IMG/VR virus record: IMGVR_UViG_3300045131_002929
Location: 1-64,000 of that record
Source of the DNA: a virus
Reading direction: 5' to 3' (one strand)
Length of the DNA: 64,000 nucleotides
How positions within the stretch are numbered: the stretch's first letter is position 1; each line of letters opens with the position of its first letter. A model generated the notes under the pieces. That model saw only the letters and a program-made list of their open reading frames with translations, was not told the DNA's origin and did not search any database. Of the stretch, positions 28,485-35,246 are shown piece by piece. Position numbers and translations under genes: made by a program.

Positions 28485-28940
28485 ATGCCGGACGACTCAA
28501 GGGCGCGCGACAACGAGCGGAAAAGGCGCATCGAAAAGAATGAGACGCTGCTGAGACGGTTTGAAGAAACCGTTATCGACTGTGAAGCCTACCTAAAGCG
28601 CACGGACGGCCAAATCAAAGCCAAGGCCGACCAGATCAAGCGGCAGACGGCCGAACTGGCGGCGGCGAGGCTGAAACTCGGCCGCATGCGCTCGAACGCC
28701 AAGGAGGTGGCCGCATATGAGCGCGAGAAGGCCGAATGTGAAACTAAGCTGGCGGCGGCGGCGGCCGAAATGGCCACCCTGGAATCCTATGCCCAGGGAA
28801 TGAGGGATCATCTGGCCTACCTACAGGGAATCATCGAGCGGATCAAGGCGGAGCTGGCGGATCTACGGGCCGGCGGCGATGACGAGCCTAAGGGCCGGCG
28901 GCGCGCCAACCGTAAAAGGGGCAGGCCGCCGGCCCAGTAA
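28485..28940 (+). CDS. Coiled-coil protein with basic C-terminus
   Basis: GGAG RBS before ATG 28485; heptad-like charged helix; the only plus-strand gene in this stretch. Confidence 0.7.
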   Translation: MPDDSRARDNERKRRIEKNETLLRRFEETVIDCEAYLKRTDGQIKAKADQIKRQTAELAAARLKLGRMRSNAKEVAAYEREKAECETKLAAAAAEMATLESYAQGMRDHLAYLQGIIERIKAELADLRAGGDDEPKGRRRANRKRGRPPAQ

Positions 28941-28974
28941 AAAAAACCAAGGCGGCGTTCAATTGCCGCAGGGC
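28939..28974 (-). terminator. Possible intrinsic terminator
   Basis: Minus strand GCGGC-loop-GCCGC, then CTTGG and a long T run. Confidence 0.45.
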
Positions 28975-29096
28975 CGCGGCGCCGGCCGCGGGGGCGCCGG
29001 AATGGCGGCGGCGGTCTCCGCGTCATCCAGCCGGCGCCAGTACTGATCCGGCGTCATCGTCGACCGCCAGGCCTGCTTTATGTTCTGCTTTTCCAT
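28959..29096 (-). CDS. Possible 45-aa protein
   Basis: MEKQNIKQAWRSTMTPDQYW..., G-rich RBS, ends at a terminator-like element. Confidence 0.4.
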   Translation of the reverse strand: MEKQNIKQAWRSTMTPDQYWRRLDDAETAAAIPAPPRPAPRPCGN

Positions 29097-29101
29097 AAAA
29101 A

Positions 29102-29214
29102 TAGCCCCCGGGGGTGTTTTACCGGCGGAAAAGCGGGCCACCCCGGGGGCTAGGGTACCCATTATTAAAGAAGGTGGGGGGCGCGGCCCGGCTGGCGGCC
29201 CGGTCGGCCGGGGG
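29102..29214. repeat. Inverted repeat plus first copy of a 25-bp direct repeat
   Basis: tagcccccgggggtg...caccccgggggcta (29102-29152); ggctggcggcccggtcggccggggg at 29190-29214 and 30473-30497. Confidence 0.85.
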
Positions 29215-29369
29215 CCTTATTATATTAAGGTCGTTTAATAATATATTTTGGCGGATTTTTTATCCCACGCGCGGGAAGGGAAGTCCCCCACCCCTGGGGT
29301 CCCCCCGGTTGGCCGCGCCCCAAAATTCAAATCGTTTGGTTTGACCTGGGGCGGCGTGGCTGGGCGGGC

Positions 29370-29528
29370 TAAAGAAAAGACAGGCGGGCCAGGCGGCCAC
29401 TGTTCGCTTTCGCGAGCGAGAAGCTTCGAGGGTTGGTTGGTTGGGCGGCGCGCGGCGCGGACCCCGGGGCAAGCGGCCAAGCCGCCTCCATCGAGTCCGC
29501 GCCGCAATCCCCCACGCCGCTGTAATGG
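29370..29528 (-). ncRNA. Candidate ~160-nt structured small RNA
   Basis: Lies between promoter motif copy 1 and a T-rich tract. 13-bp stem GCGGCGCGGACUC/GGGUCCGCGCCGC, inner hairpin and UCGC-GAAA-GCGA tetraloop. Confidence 0.45.
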
Positions 29529-29533
29529 GACTG

Positions 29534-29587
29534 CAATGGATAATGCCCTGCCCGGGCCTTTTCTTCAGCCCCCTCCTATAAGGTTCC
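29534..29587 (-). promoter_or_regulatory. Bipartite early promoter motif, copy 1
   Basis: GGAACCTTATAGGAGGG...GGGCATTATCCATTG. Confidence 0.7.
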
Positions 29588-29592
29588 GGGAA

Positions 29593-29637
29593 GCTGGGCG
29601 GGCTAAGAAAAAGGCCGGATCCCCGCGAGGGGCCGGC
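29593..29637 (-). terminator. Terminator with conserved TTAGCCCGCCCAGC tail
   Basis: GCCGGCCCC..GGGGATCCGGC hairpin plus T-rich tract after the 113-aa ORF. Confidence 0.7.
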
Positions 29638-29644
29638 AGAGGTT

Positions 29645-29986
29645 TTAGTTGCCGCGCTCCAACTGGTCGAAATGTCTACGGACAAGTATAGCCCACCTCA
29701 TCGCCACATCTAGGTGGCGATGAAATTGAATAGCCCCTGTTCTGCCGCACTGGACGAACCAGCCGGCGGTTTCGTCCGAGGCCGCTTTCACGTAGAAGTC
29801 CGGGTGATGCCCGAACTCGCCAGGCGCGGGCCTTGTCCAGTCCGTCGTCACACGGACAGTTGGCTCTGAGCTCGGCAGAAGCTCCCATGCATCTCTCATT
29901 GCTGAGCGCTGCTGAGGTGCGAGCGTCTCCGCCCTCGACCATCCTAACAATCTGTTGATTAAGTCGCATGTGTCTACTGCGTTCAT
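29645..29986 (-). CDS. Early hypothetical protein (113 aa)
   Basis: Start re-assigned to ATG 29986 after GGAAGGAAAGG; lies between promoter copy 2 and a terminator. Confidence 0.7.
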   Translation of the reverse strand: MNAVDTCDLINRLLGWSRAETLAPQQRSAMRDAWELLPSSEPTVRVTTDWTRPAPGEFGHHPDFYVKAASDETAGWFVQCGRTGAIQFHRHLDVAMRWAILVRRHFDQLERGN

Positions 29987-30054
29987 GATGATCCTTTCCT
30001 TCCCGGCAGGCGCCGCGTCGGCCCGCAGACGGTCGGGAATGTTGGTTCCGCCTG

Positions 30055-30110
30055 CAATGGATAATGCCCTGGCCGGCCCGTTTATTAAGCCTTCCCTCCT
30101 ATAAGGTTCC
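30055..30110 (-). promoter_or_regulatory. Bipartite early promoter motif, copy 2
   Basis: GGAACCTTATAGGAGGG..GCTTAATAAA..CCAGGGCATTATCCATTG. Confidence 0.75.
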
Positions 30111-30412
30111 AAAACAACCGTCCCGCCGCGACACACCGAAGGCAGCCTTGGCCCTACCACTCTTTCGAAGTGAGGCTGAGGCTGCCCTTGCTGAGTAATT
30201 CAGGCCCGCCCGCTGAAACGACCCTCGGCGCTCTTCCAGGCCGCGTTTGTCCACTAGGGAACGCTGACGCCCTTACTAAACCGCCCAAAGCCGAACCGAC
30301 GAACGGACTATTCCGGGGCCGGCCGCCCGCCTGGGCTTCGCGCTAGCTGGTCCACTGTCCGGAATCCCGGGGGTAGGTCGCGCTACTGACCAGGCCGGCG
30401 AACCGGCCCGCT
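30111..30412 (-). ncRNA. Candidate ~300-nt structured non-coding RNA
   Basis: Directly downstream of a sigma70-type promoter; no ATG ORF seen; 5' GGCCGG-UUCG-CCGGCC hairpin; 3' long hairpin capped by GAAA. Confidence 0.55.
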
Positions 30413-30418
30413 ACACAT

Positions 30419-30447
30419 ACTATATATAAGGTATAAGGGGCCGTCAA
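30419..30447 (-). promoter_or_regulatory. Near-consensus sigma70 promoter
   Basis: TTGACG (30447-30442), 17-nt spacer, TATAGT (30424-30419). Confidence 0.8.
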
Positions 30448-30559
30448 GTCCGCGGGGCGGAAAAAGCGGCCAGGCTGGCGGCCCGGTCGGCCGGGGGGTG
30501 GGGGGGGCAGGCATGGCCGTGTGTGCGGGGCCGGCCCGAACGAGCCCTTGAGCTTGCTG

Positions 30560-30608
30560 GCCCTGGCCCGGCCTTTTATTAAGCCGGCGCTCCCTCCTAT
30601 AAGGTTCC
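30560..30608 (-). promoter_or_regulatory. Bipartite motif, copy 3 (lacks the CATAAT-like end)
   Basis: GGAACCTTATAGGAGGG...GCTTAATAAAAGGCCGGGCCAGGGC, then diverges. Confidence 0.65.
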
Positions 30609-30698
30609 GTTTAGACTAATCCGCCCCACAAGGTCAGCTAGGGTCTTCGGCCTTGGGAGTGCCCGCTTGCACGCCCATGCCAGCCCTTACTACGTAAG

Positions 30699-30752
30699 GG
30701 CTGGGCAGGCTAAAAAAAAGCCAGGCGCCGCCCTTGCGGGCAGCTGCCTGGC
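30699..30752 (-). terminator. Terminator with conserved TTAGCCTGCCCAGC tail
   Basis: GCCAGGC..CCCGCAAGGG..GCCTGGC followed by T8. Confidence 0.8.
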
Positions 30753-30768
30753 CCGTGGCCCTGTCGGG

Positions 30769-31305
30769 TCACGGGTTGGCCGTGGCCGTGGCAGGGGCCG
30801 GGGCGGCCGGGGCCAGCCTGGCCATGTCCACGGTCAGCTGGGTCACCAGCTGGGTCAGCCGGTTCTGGGCCTGGCCCAGCTGGGTCACCAGCTGGGTCAG
30901 GTCCGGCCGGGCCATGTCCGGCCCCTGCTGGGCCTGCTGGGGCTGGGGCGGGGCGGCCTGCCGGGGCGGGGCCGCCTGCTGGGCAGCCCGCTCCTCCGCC
31001 GCCTCGAGGAGCGCTATGTAGCGCTCCTCTACCGCTGAGCTCGGGACCGCCTTCTGGGCGGTCCAGAACTCCGAGGCCTCCCGGCGGAGCCAGGCTCCGG
31101 CGCGGTGGCCTAGGACCGCCCCGTCCGCGGTGCCGCCGATTCCGGCGCCGATGGCGGCGCCGGCGAGGCCGCCGAGGACTGAGCCGCCGGCGACGCCCAT
31201 GGCGCCGCCGGGGACCGACGCGACCGTGAGGCCGCCGAGGCCCCCGGCCACGCCGCCGGCCACGCCGCCCAGAATCCCTCCCAGAATCGTTGCTGTTTTG
31301 ATCAT
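30769..31305 (-). CDS. Glycine-zipper putative membrane protein
   Basis: AGGAGG RBS; long GxxxG array at the N-terminus; LTQLVTQL twice; own promoter and terminator. Confidence 0.8.
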   Translation of the reverse strand: MIKTATILGGILGGVAGGVAGGLGGLTVASVPGGAMGVAGGSVLGGLAGAAIGAGIGGTADGAVLGHRAGAWLRREASEFWTAQKAVPSSAVEERYIALLEAAEERAAQQAAPPRQAAPPQPQQAQQGPDMARPDLTQLVTQLGQAQNRLTQLVTQLTVDMARLAPAAPAPATATANP

Positions 31306-31399
31306 TTGCTACCTCCTGTGTCCGGACCTGACTGGCTGTCGCGCTGGCCACATGCCATGCCGTCGACGCCGCGGCTGACCGGTCCGATAGGGTCCGCCG

Positions 31400-31461
31400 C
31401 AATTGATTATGCCCTGGCCCGGCCTTTTATTAAGCGGCGGGGGCCCCTCCTATGAGGTTCC
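31400..31461 (-). promoter_or_regulatory. Bipartite early promoter motif, copy 4
   Basis: GGAACCTCATAGGAGGG...GCTTAATAAAAGGCCGGGCCAGGGCATAATCAATTG. Confidence 0.75.
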
Positions 31462-31510
31462 AGCGGGCCGGGGTTGCCGGCTTGGCTTGCCGCCTTGGGG
31501 GTATTGCCCC

Positions 31511-31542
31511 GGGCAGGCTAAAAAAAGCCCTTGCGGGCCTTT
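31511..31542 (-). terminator. Terminator with TTAGCCTGCCC tail
   Basis: GCCC-GCAA-GGGC followed by a T run. Confidence 0.6.
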
Positions 31543-31571
31543 GGGCCGGGCTTGAACCGGCCTTGGCGTTA

Positions 31572-31760
31572 TCAATGCCTGCCGGCCCTGAGGCCGGCCA
31601 CGCCGACCGCCATGCAGAGCTCGAAGAGCTCTGCCGGCGTCAGGCCGGCGGCCGCAGCCTGCGGGCCGAGCTCTTCGCAGGCGGCCTTGGCGGCCGCCTG
31701 CATTTGTCTTTCGGTGGCCATGTAGGCCACCTTGGCTTCGATAATATCCTTGAGCTTCAT
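31572..31760 (-). CDS. Small early hypothetical protein
   Basis: 62 aa, poly-G RBS. Confidence 0.65.
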   Translation of the reverse strand: MKLKDIIEAKVAYMATERQMQAAAKAACEELGPQAAAAGLTPAELFELCMAVGVAGLRAGRH

Positions 31761-31785
31761 TTTACCCCCCCCCCTTTTTTTTGTT

Positions 31786-32730
31786 TTACTTCAGCCTGGC
31801 GCCAAGGCGGCGCGCCATGGCCAAGGCCATCTCCTCGGCCTTGGCCGCCGATCCCCAGCCGCCGCGGTCGCAGCCGGCGATCACGGCCTTGCCGCCCGAG
31901 GTCGGACCCCAGACCTCTTTGGCCAACTGGGCGCAGTCGACGCCATCGATGGCGTCGCAGAGGCTGACGGTCGTCGCGAAGGGCGCGCAGCCCTGCCACG
32001 ACACGACCGCCTTGTACAGGACGCCGTCGTGCCTGTACAGGTGGTTCACGAAGGCCGGGCGTCCGCCCTTCTCCGGGGCGCGCCTGATCACGACGGCGTG
32101 GCCGACGTCGGCCAGGTCCTCGAAGGACTCGGCTTCGAGGGACTCGTTGGCTTTCGCCCAGCAGGCGCGCTTGGCCTCGAGGGCGGCGTCGCCGGCGATG
32201 GCGCGGCGCCAAATGGAGAACCACTCCTCGACGAGGGCGGTGACGTCCATAGACGTCTGGCCCTCCGCCCAGAGCGGCGTCCTGGGCGCGCACGCCCACA
32301 TGGTCTCGATGACGCGGGCCGCGGCGTCGTTCATGGCCCAGAGTTCGGCCTTGATCTCGGGCAGGCGGTGCGGCCCGCGGACGTCGACGTCGACCGCGGC
32401 CGCGTAGCGCGCGGCCTGAACCGCCAGGTCGCTGTCCTGGAGCTCGACTCCGAGCATGGCGGCTAAGCCGAGCGCGGCGTCGAGGTCGATGTGGCTCGCC
32501 ACACCGTATGCGGCGGGCTTCTCGCCGATCTGGAGGCGGCGGACGCATGGCGCGTCCTCGTTTTCCCGCCCTTCGTGGTGGTCCCAATCGACCGCGGCGG
32601 CGATCCCGGCGGGCCTCTGGCCGCCCCAGGTGGCCTCGCACAATCCGACCCGGAGTCCGTCGCGGACGGCCTCGAGGGCGGCTGAGGTGGCTGCTTCGGC
32701 GGTTTTGAACATAATGATGCGGTAGCTCAT
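31786..32730 (-). CDS. Early protein with DHH and SHxDLD motifs (possible DHH-type phosphoesterase)
   Basis: AGGAGG RBS; DWDHH precedes ASHIDLDA; late GGKAVIAG. Confidence 0.6.
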   Translation of the reverse strand: MSYRIIMFKTAEAATSAALEAVRDGLRVGLCEATWGGQRPAGIAAAVDWDHHEGRENEDAPCVRRLQIGEKPAAYGVASHIDLDAALGLAAMLGVELQDSDLAVQAARYAAAVDVDVRGPHRLPEIKAELWAMNDAAARVIETMWACAPRTPLWAEGQTSMDVTALVEEWFSIWRRAIAGDAALEAKRACWAKANESLEAESFEDLADVGHAVVIRRAPEKGGRPAFVNHLYRHDGVLYKAVVSWQGCAPFATTVSLCDAIDGVDCAQLAKEVWGPTSGGKAVIAGCDRGGWGSAAKAEEMALAMARRLGARLK

Positions 32731-32835
32731 TTCAAAATCCTCCTATTGATTTTGAGCTTTGACTTTATTCAGCATGCGGGTGGGCGCGCATGCCTTCGAT
32801 ATGTTTCGTTAAGTGCCTACCGAGCTATCCAGGGC

Positions 32836-33153
32836 TCACTCATAGTCGGAGCCCTCCAGGAAAGGGCTGGCGGCCCGGCTGGCGGCCAGCACTCGGCTGA
32901 CCTGGATGACTTCTGGGGCGGCGCCCCCGAAGCCTACGACCTCGACCGCCGTATCGTGTACGGCGGTCACACGGACTATCTCCGTGACGGGCTTGCCGTC
33001 GCGGAGATACTTGACCCAGACCACGTCCTGTGGCCTGAGATCTAGCGCGGCCACCGCCTCGGGGGGCGGCGGGTTGAACTGCGGGCAGCGGGCCCCGCAG
33101 GATCCGATCTGGCCGCAGTGGGCCAGATCCTGCTGACACTCGAACTTATGCAT
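32836..33153 (-). CDS. Early hypothetical protein, Cys-rich N-terminus
   Basis: GAGGAG RBS, 105 aa. Confidence 0.7.
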   Translation of the reverse strand: MHKFECQQDLAHCGQIGSCGARCPQFNPPPPEAVAALDLRPQDVVWVKYLRDGKPVTEIVRVTAVHDTAVEVVGFGGAAPEVIQVSRVLAASRAASPFLEGSDYE

Positions 33154-33154
33154 T

Positions 33155-33457
33155 TTAGCTCCTCAAATACTCTTTGGTCTCAGCGATGGCCAGCTTCACC
33201 ACCTCATCGACGATGCGGTGGCCGGCTTGACGCAGGCCAGCGGCCAGCCTGGCGCGGACAAGCCGCCGCCAGACCTTGGCGGACCGGAGGCGGGCGTACC
33301 CGCCTTCCGGGATCTCGAGCGCGTCGACGGACGCGCTCATATGGGCCATCAAGGCGATGGCCCGATCGAACCGCCGCAGCTCGTCAGGAGCCGCGGCCTT
33401 AACGCCCGGGGACCATGTCCAGTCCCCGAACGAATTCCGCTGCGGATCCATATCCAT
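33155..33457 (-). CDS. Early hypothetical protein
   Basis: AGGAGG RBS before ATG 33457. Confidence 0.7.
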   Translation of the reverse strand: MDMDPQRNSFGDWTWSPGVKAAAPDELRRFDRAIALMAHMSASVDALEIPEGGYARLRSAKVWRRLVRARLAAGLRQAGHRIVDEVVKLAIAETKEYLRS

Positions 33458-33468
33458 AGAATTCCTCC

Positions 33469-33810
33469 TTAGTTGCCGCCGCATTGGCAGCAGTCAAACC
33501 CCTGACGGTCGCGTCCGTCCGGGCCGTTGTTGCACCCGCAGTAGGTGCAATAATCGTCGGCCTCATGGCCGACTTCCGGGACGTCCCGCTGAAAATAACT
33601 TCTCAGCGTGTCGACGCGACCGTCGCTCCAACGCCGGACGGCGTCCCGCACGAAGCGGGTCGCGCCGTCGAGCTGGCAGGAGCGCTCCTCGCCTACCGGC
33701 GCGGGCTCCTGCGCGATAATCGCGCCCGCGGGCAGATCGCCCGCGTCGTTGCTGGCGTGGTGGTACCACGCCAGGCCCTTGTCGGGCATCCGGTAGAGGA
33801 TACCCATCAC
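33469..33810 (-). CDS. Early protein with C-terminal Zn ribbon
   Basis: CTYCG...CCQCG; overlaps the upstream stop. Confidence 0.7.
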   Translation of the reverse strand: MMGILYRMPDKGLAWYHHASNDAGDLPAGAIIAQEPAPVGEERSCQLDGATRFVRDAVRRWSDGRVDTLRSYFQRDVPEVGHEADDYCTYCGCNNGPDGRDRQGFDCCQCGGN

Positions 33811-34106
33811 TCCACCTCGCGGCGGAGTGCTTCGAGTGCGTCGTCCGACGCCCTCCTGAGATCCATCGCCAGGCTGGCCAGCCTTGCGGCGGCCGCCTGG
33901 ATTGCCGGCTCCTCCGAGCCGGCTTCGAATTCCCAGGCCACGGCGGCTGCCGTGGCCGCGAAAGAGCCCGCGGCCGTGAGGCCGCTGACCTGGTTGTCAA
34001 CCAGGCCGGCTCTAATGTCCCAGGCGTCGCCGCCCAGGACATCGACGCCCGTCAAACGGGCGGCCAGGATTTCCACCTGGCCCAGGAGTTCCATGACGTT
34101 CCCCAT
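33807..34106 (-). CDS. Early hypothetical protein
   Basis: AGGAGG RBS; first gene after promoter copy 5. Confidence 0.75.
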   Translation of the reverse strand: MGNVMELLGQVEILAARLTGVDVLGGDAWDIRAGLVDNQVSGLTAAGSFAATAAAVAWEFEAGSEEPAIQAAAARLASLAMDLRRASDDALEALRREVE

Positions 34107-34228
34107 AAATCCTCCTACGGGTTGGGGGTTTCAATGACAAAGGCCGGCCACCTCGACGGTGGCCGGCCTGGGTGCCTGGACCGAACAGACCCGCGCGCTT
34201 GCCGCGGCCTTGCGGCTAATGGCCCGTC

Positions 34229-34293
34229 CAATTGATTATGCCCATTTAAGGTCTTTTATTAAGCGCGGGCCGGGCGCCCTCCTTAAAGGTTCC
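34229..34293 (-). promoter_or_regulatory. Bipartite early promoter motif, copy 5
   Basis: GGAACCTTTAAGGAGGG...GCTTAATAAAAG..GGGCATAATCAATTG; back-to-back with a plus-strand TATATT at 34302. Confidence 0.75.
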
Positions 34294-34341
34294 GCGGCCG
34301 CTATATTAACAACTAGCCAACAACCAACCGTGGAGTCAGAT

Positions 34342-34692
34342 ATGAGCCTGCTTTCAAAGACAGCCCGCGAGTTCCTAGCCTTCAGGAAGCGAGCCGCGAT
34401 GAGCCCGCCGAAAGACCAGCCGGAGCCGGCGGCCAGCCCCGAGGCGGCCATGGCCGAGGCCCAGCAGGCGGCGCAGATGGAGCTGGAGCGCGCCAAGCTG
34501 GACGCGCAGACCATGGTCCAGGCGGAAAAGACCAAGATCGAAGCCGAGAACGAGGTGCGCAGGATGCGCGAGGAGGCGAAAACGGCGCAGCAGCCGCAGC
34601 CTGGCGCGGATTCTTCGCAGATGGCGCCGCCGAACCCCTTGGGCAATCCGCCGCCCGGGCTGCCCGCGCAAGGCGGCATGCCGCAGGCTTAA
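34342..34692 (+). CDS. Coiled-coil/Pro-rich protein with N-terminal LSKTA and FRKRAA
   Basis: GGAG RBS before ATG 34342; first gene of the right arm. Confidence 0.75.
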   Translation: MSLLSKTAREFLAFRKRAAMSPPKDQPEPAASPEAAMAEAQQAAQMELERAKLDAQTMVQAEKTKIEAENEVRRMREEAKTAQQPQPGADSSQMAPPNPLGNPPPGLPAQGGMPQA

Positions 34693-34731
34693 AGGCCGCA
34701 GGGCAGCTTCACAGCCGGGAGGGCACGCCGC

Positions 34732-34998
34732 ATGGACAAGCCGTTCGCACCCCGCGACCCCATAGCCCACGGGCCGGTCGACGGAACCCACCTGACCGAC
34801 TACTGGCGGGCCGCATGCCTGCGCGACGCCGACGCCGCCGGCCCGGGCATGGTGCCGGCCGGCCTGGCCGCGTGCAGGGACGCCGCGCCGGGCGCCAGAG
34901 GCTGGCCGGGCGCGCGGACCATACTCCAACCTGACGGAAAAATAATGTTCCACGACGGCGGCGCCTGGCGCGGGCTGCAGGAGGACGCGGGATGGTAG
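34732..34998 (+). CDS. Hypothetical protein
   Basis: GGAGGG RBS, 88 aa. Confidence 0.55.
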   Translation: MDKPFAPRDPIAHGPVDGTHLTDYWRAACLRDADAAGPGMVPAGLAACRDAAPGARGWPGARTILQPDGKIMFHDGGAWRGLQEDAGW

Positions 34999-35246
34999 AG
35001 CAGCTGAAGGGCGGGGCCGCCGACGGCAGGCCGGCGCGGACCTTCGACAAGGCCGACCTGGCCAAGGGGCGCGCCGTGGAGCGCGAGCACACGGCCGACC
35101 CGCGGGCCGCGGCCGAGATAGCCAAGGACCACCTGGCCGAGTTCCCGGACTATTACGCCGAGCTGGCGCGGATGGAGGCCAAACTGGAGCGGCGCGAGCT
35201 GAACAAGCGCGCATATCTGCTCGGCTACCTAAGGCGGGACCGCTGA
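34992..35246 (+). CDS. DUF5661-like phage protein
   Basis: LAKGRAVEREHT.D..AAEIAKDHLAEFPDYY..L..ME pattern. Confidence 0.7.
   Translation: MVEQLKGGAADGRPARTFDKADLAKGRAVEREHTADPRAAAEIAKDHLAEFPDYYAELARMEAKLERRELNKRAYLLGYLRRDR

Noticed and set aside
29510-29535. aatgggac resembling the 3' end of an HDV-like ribozyme
   Set aside because: Could not build the nested double pseudoknot; the match is short.
29114-29691. Several overlapping 76-147-aa ORFs in the central region
   Set aside because: No RBS, low-complexity translations, and they cross promoter, terminator and repeat elements.
29698-29723. Perfect 10-bp inverted repeat TCATCGCCAC/GTGGCGATGA
   Set aside because: Single instance inside a coding region with no supporting context.
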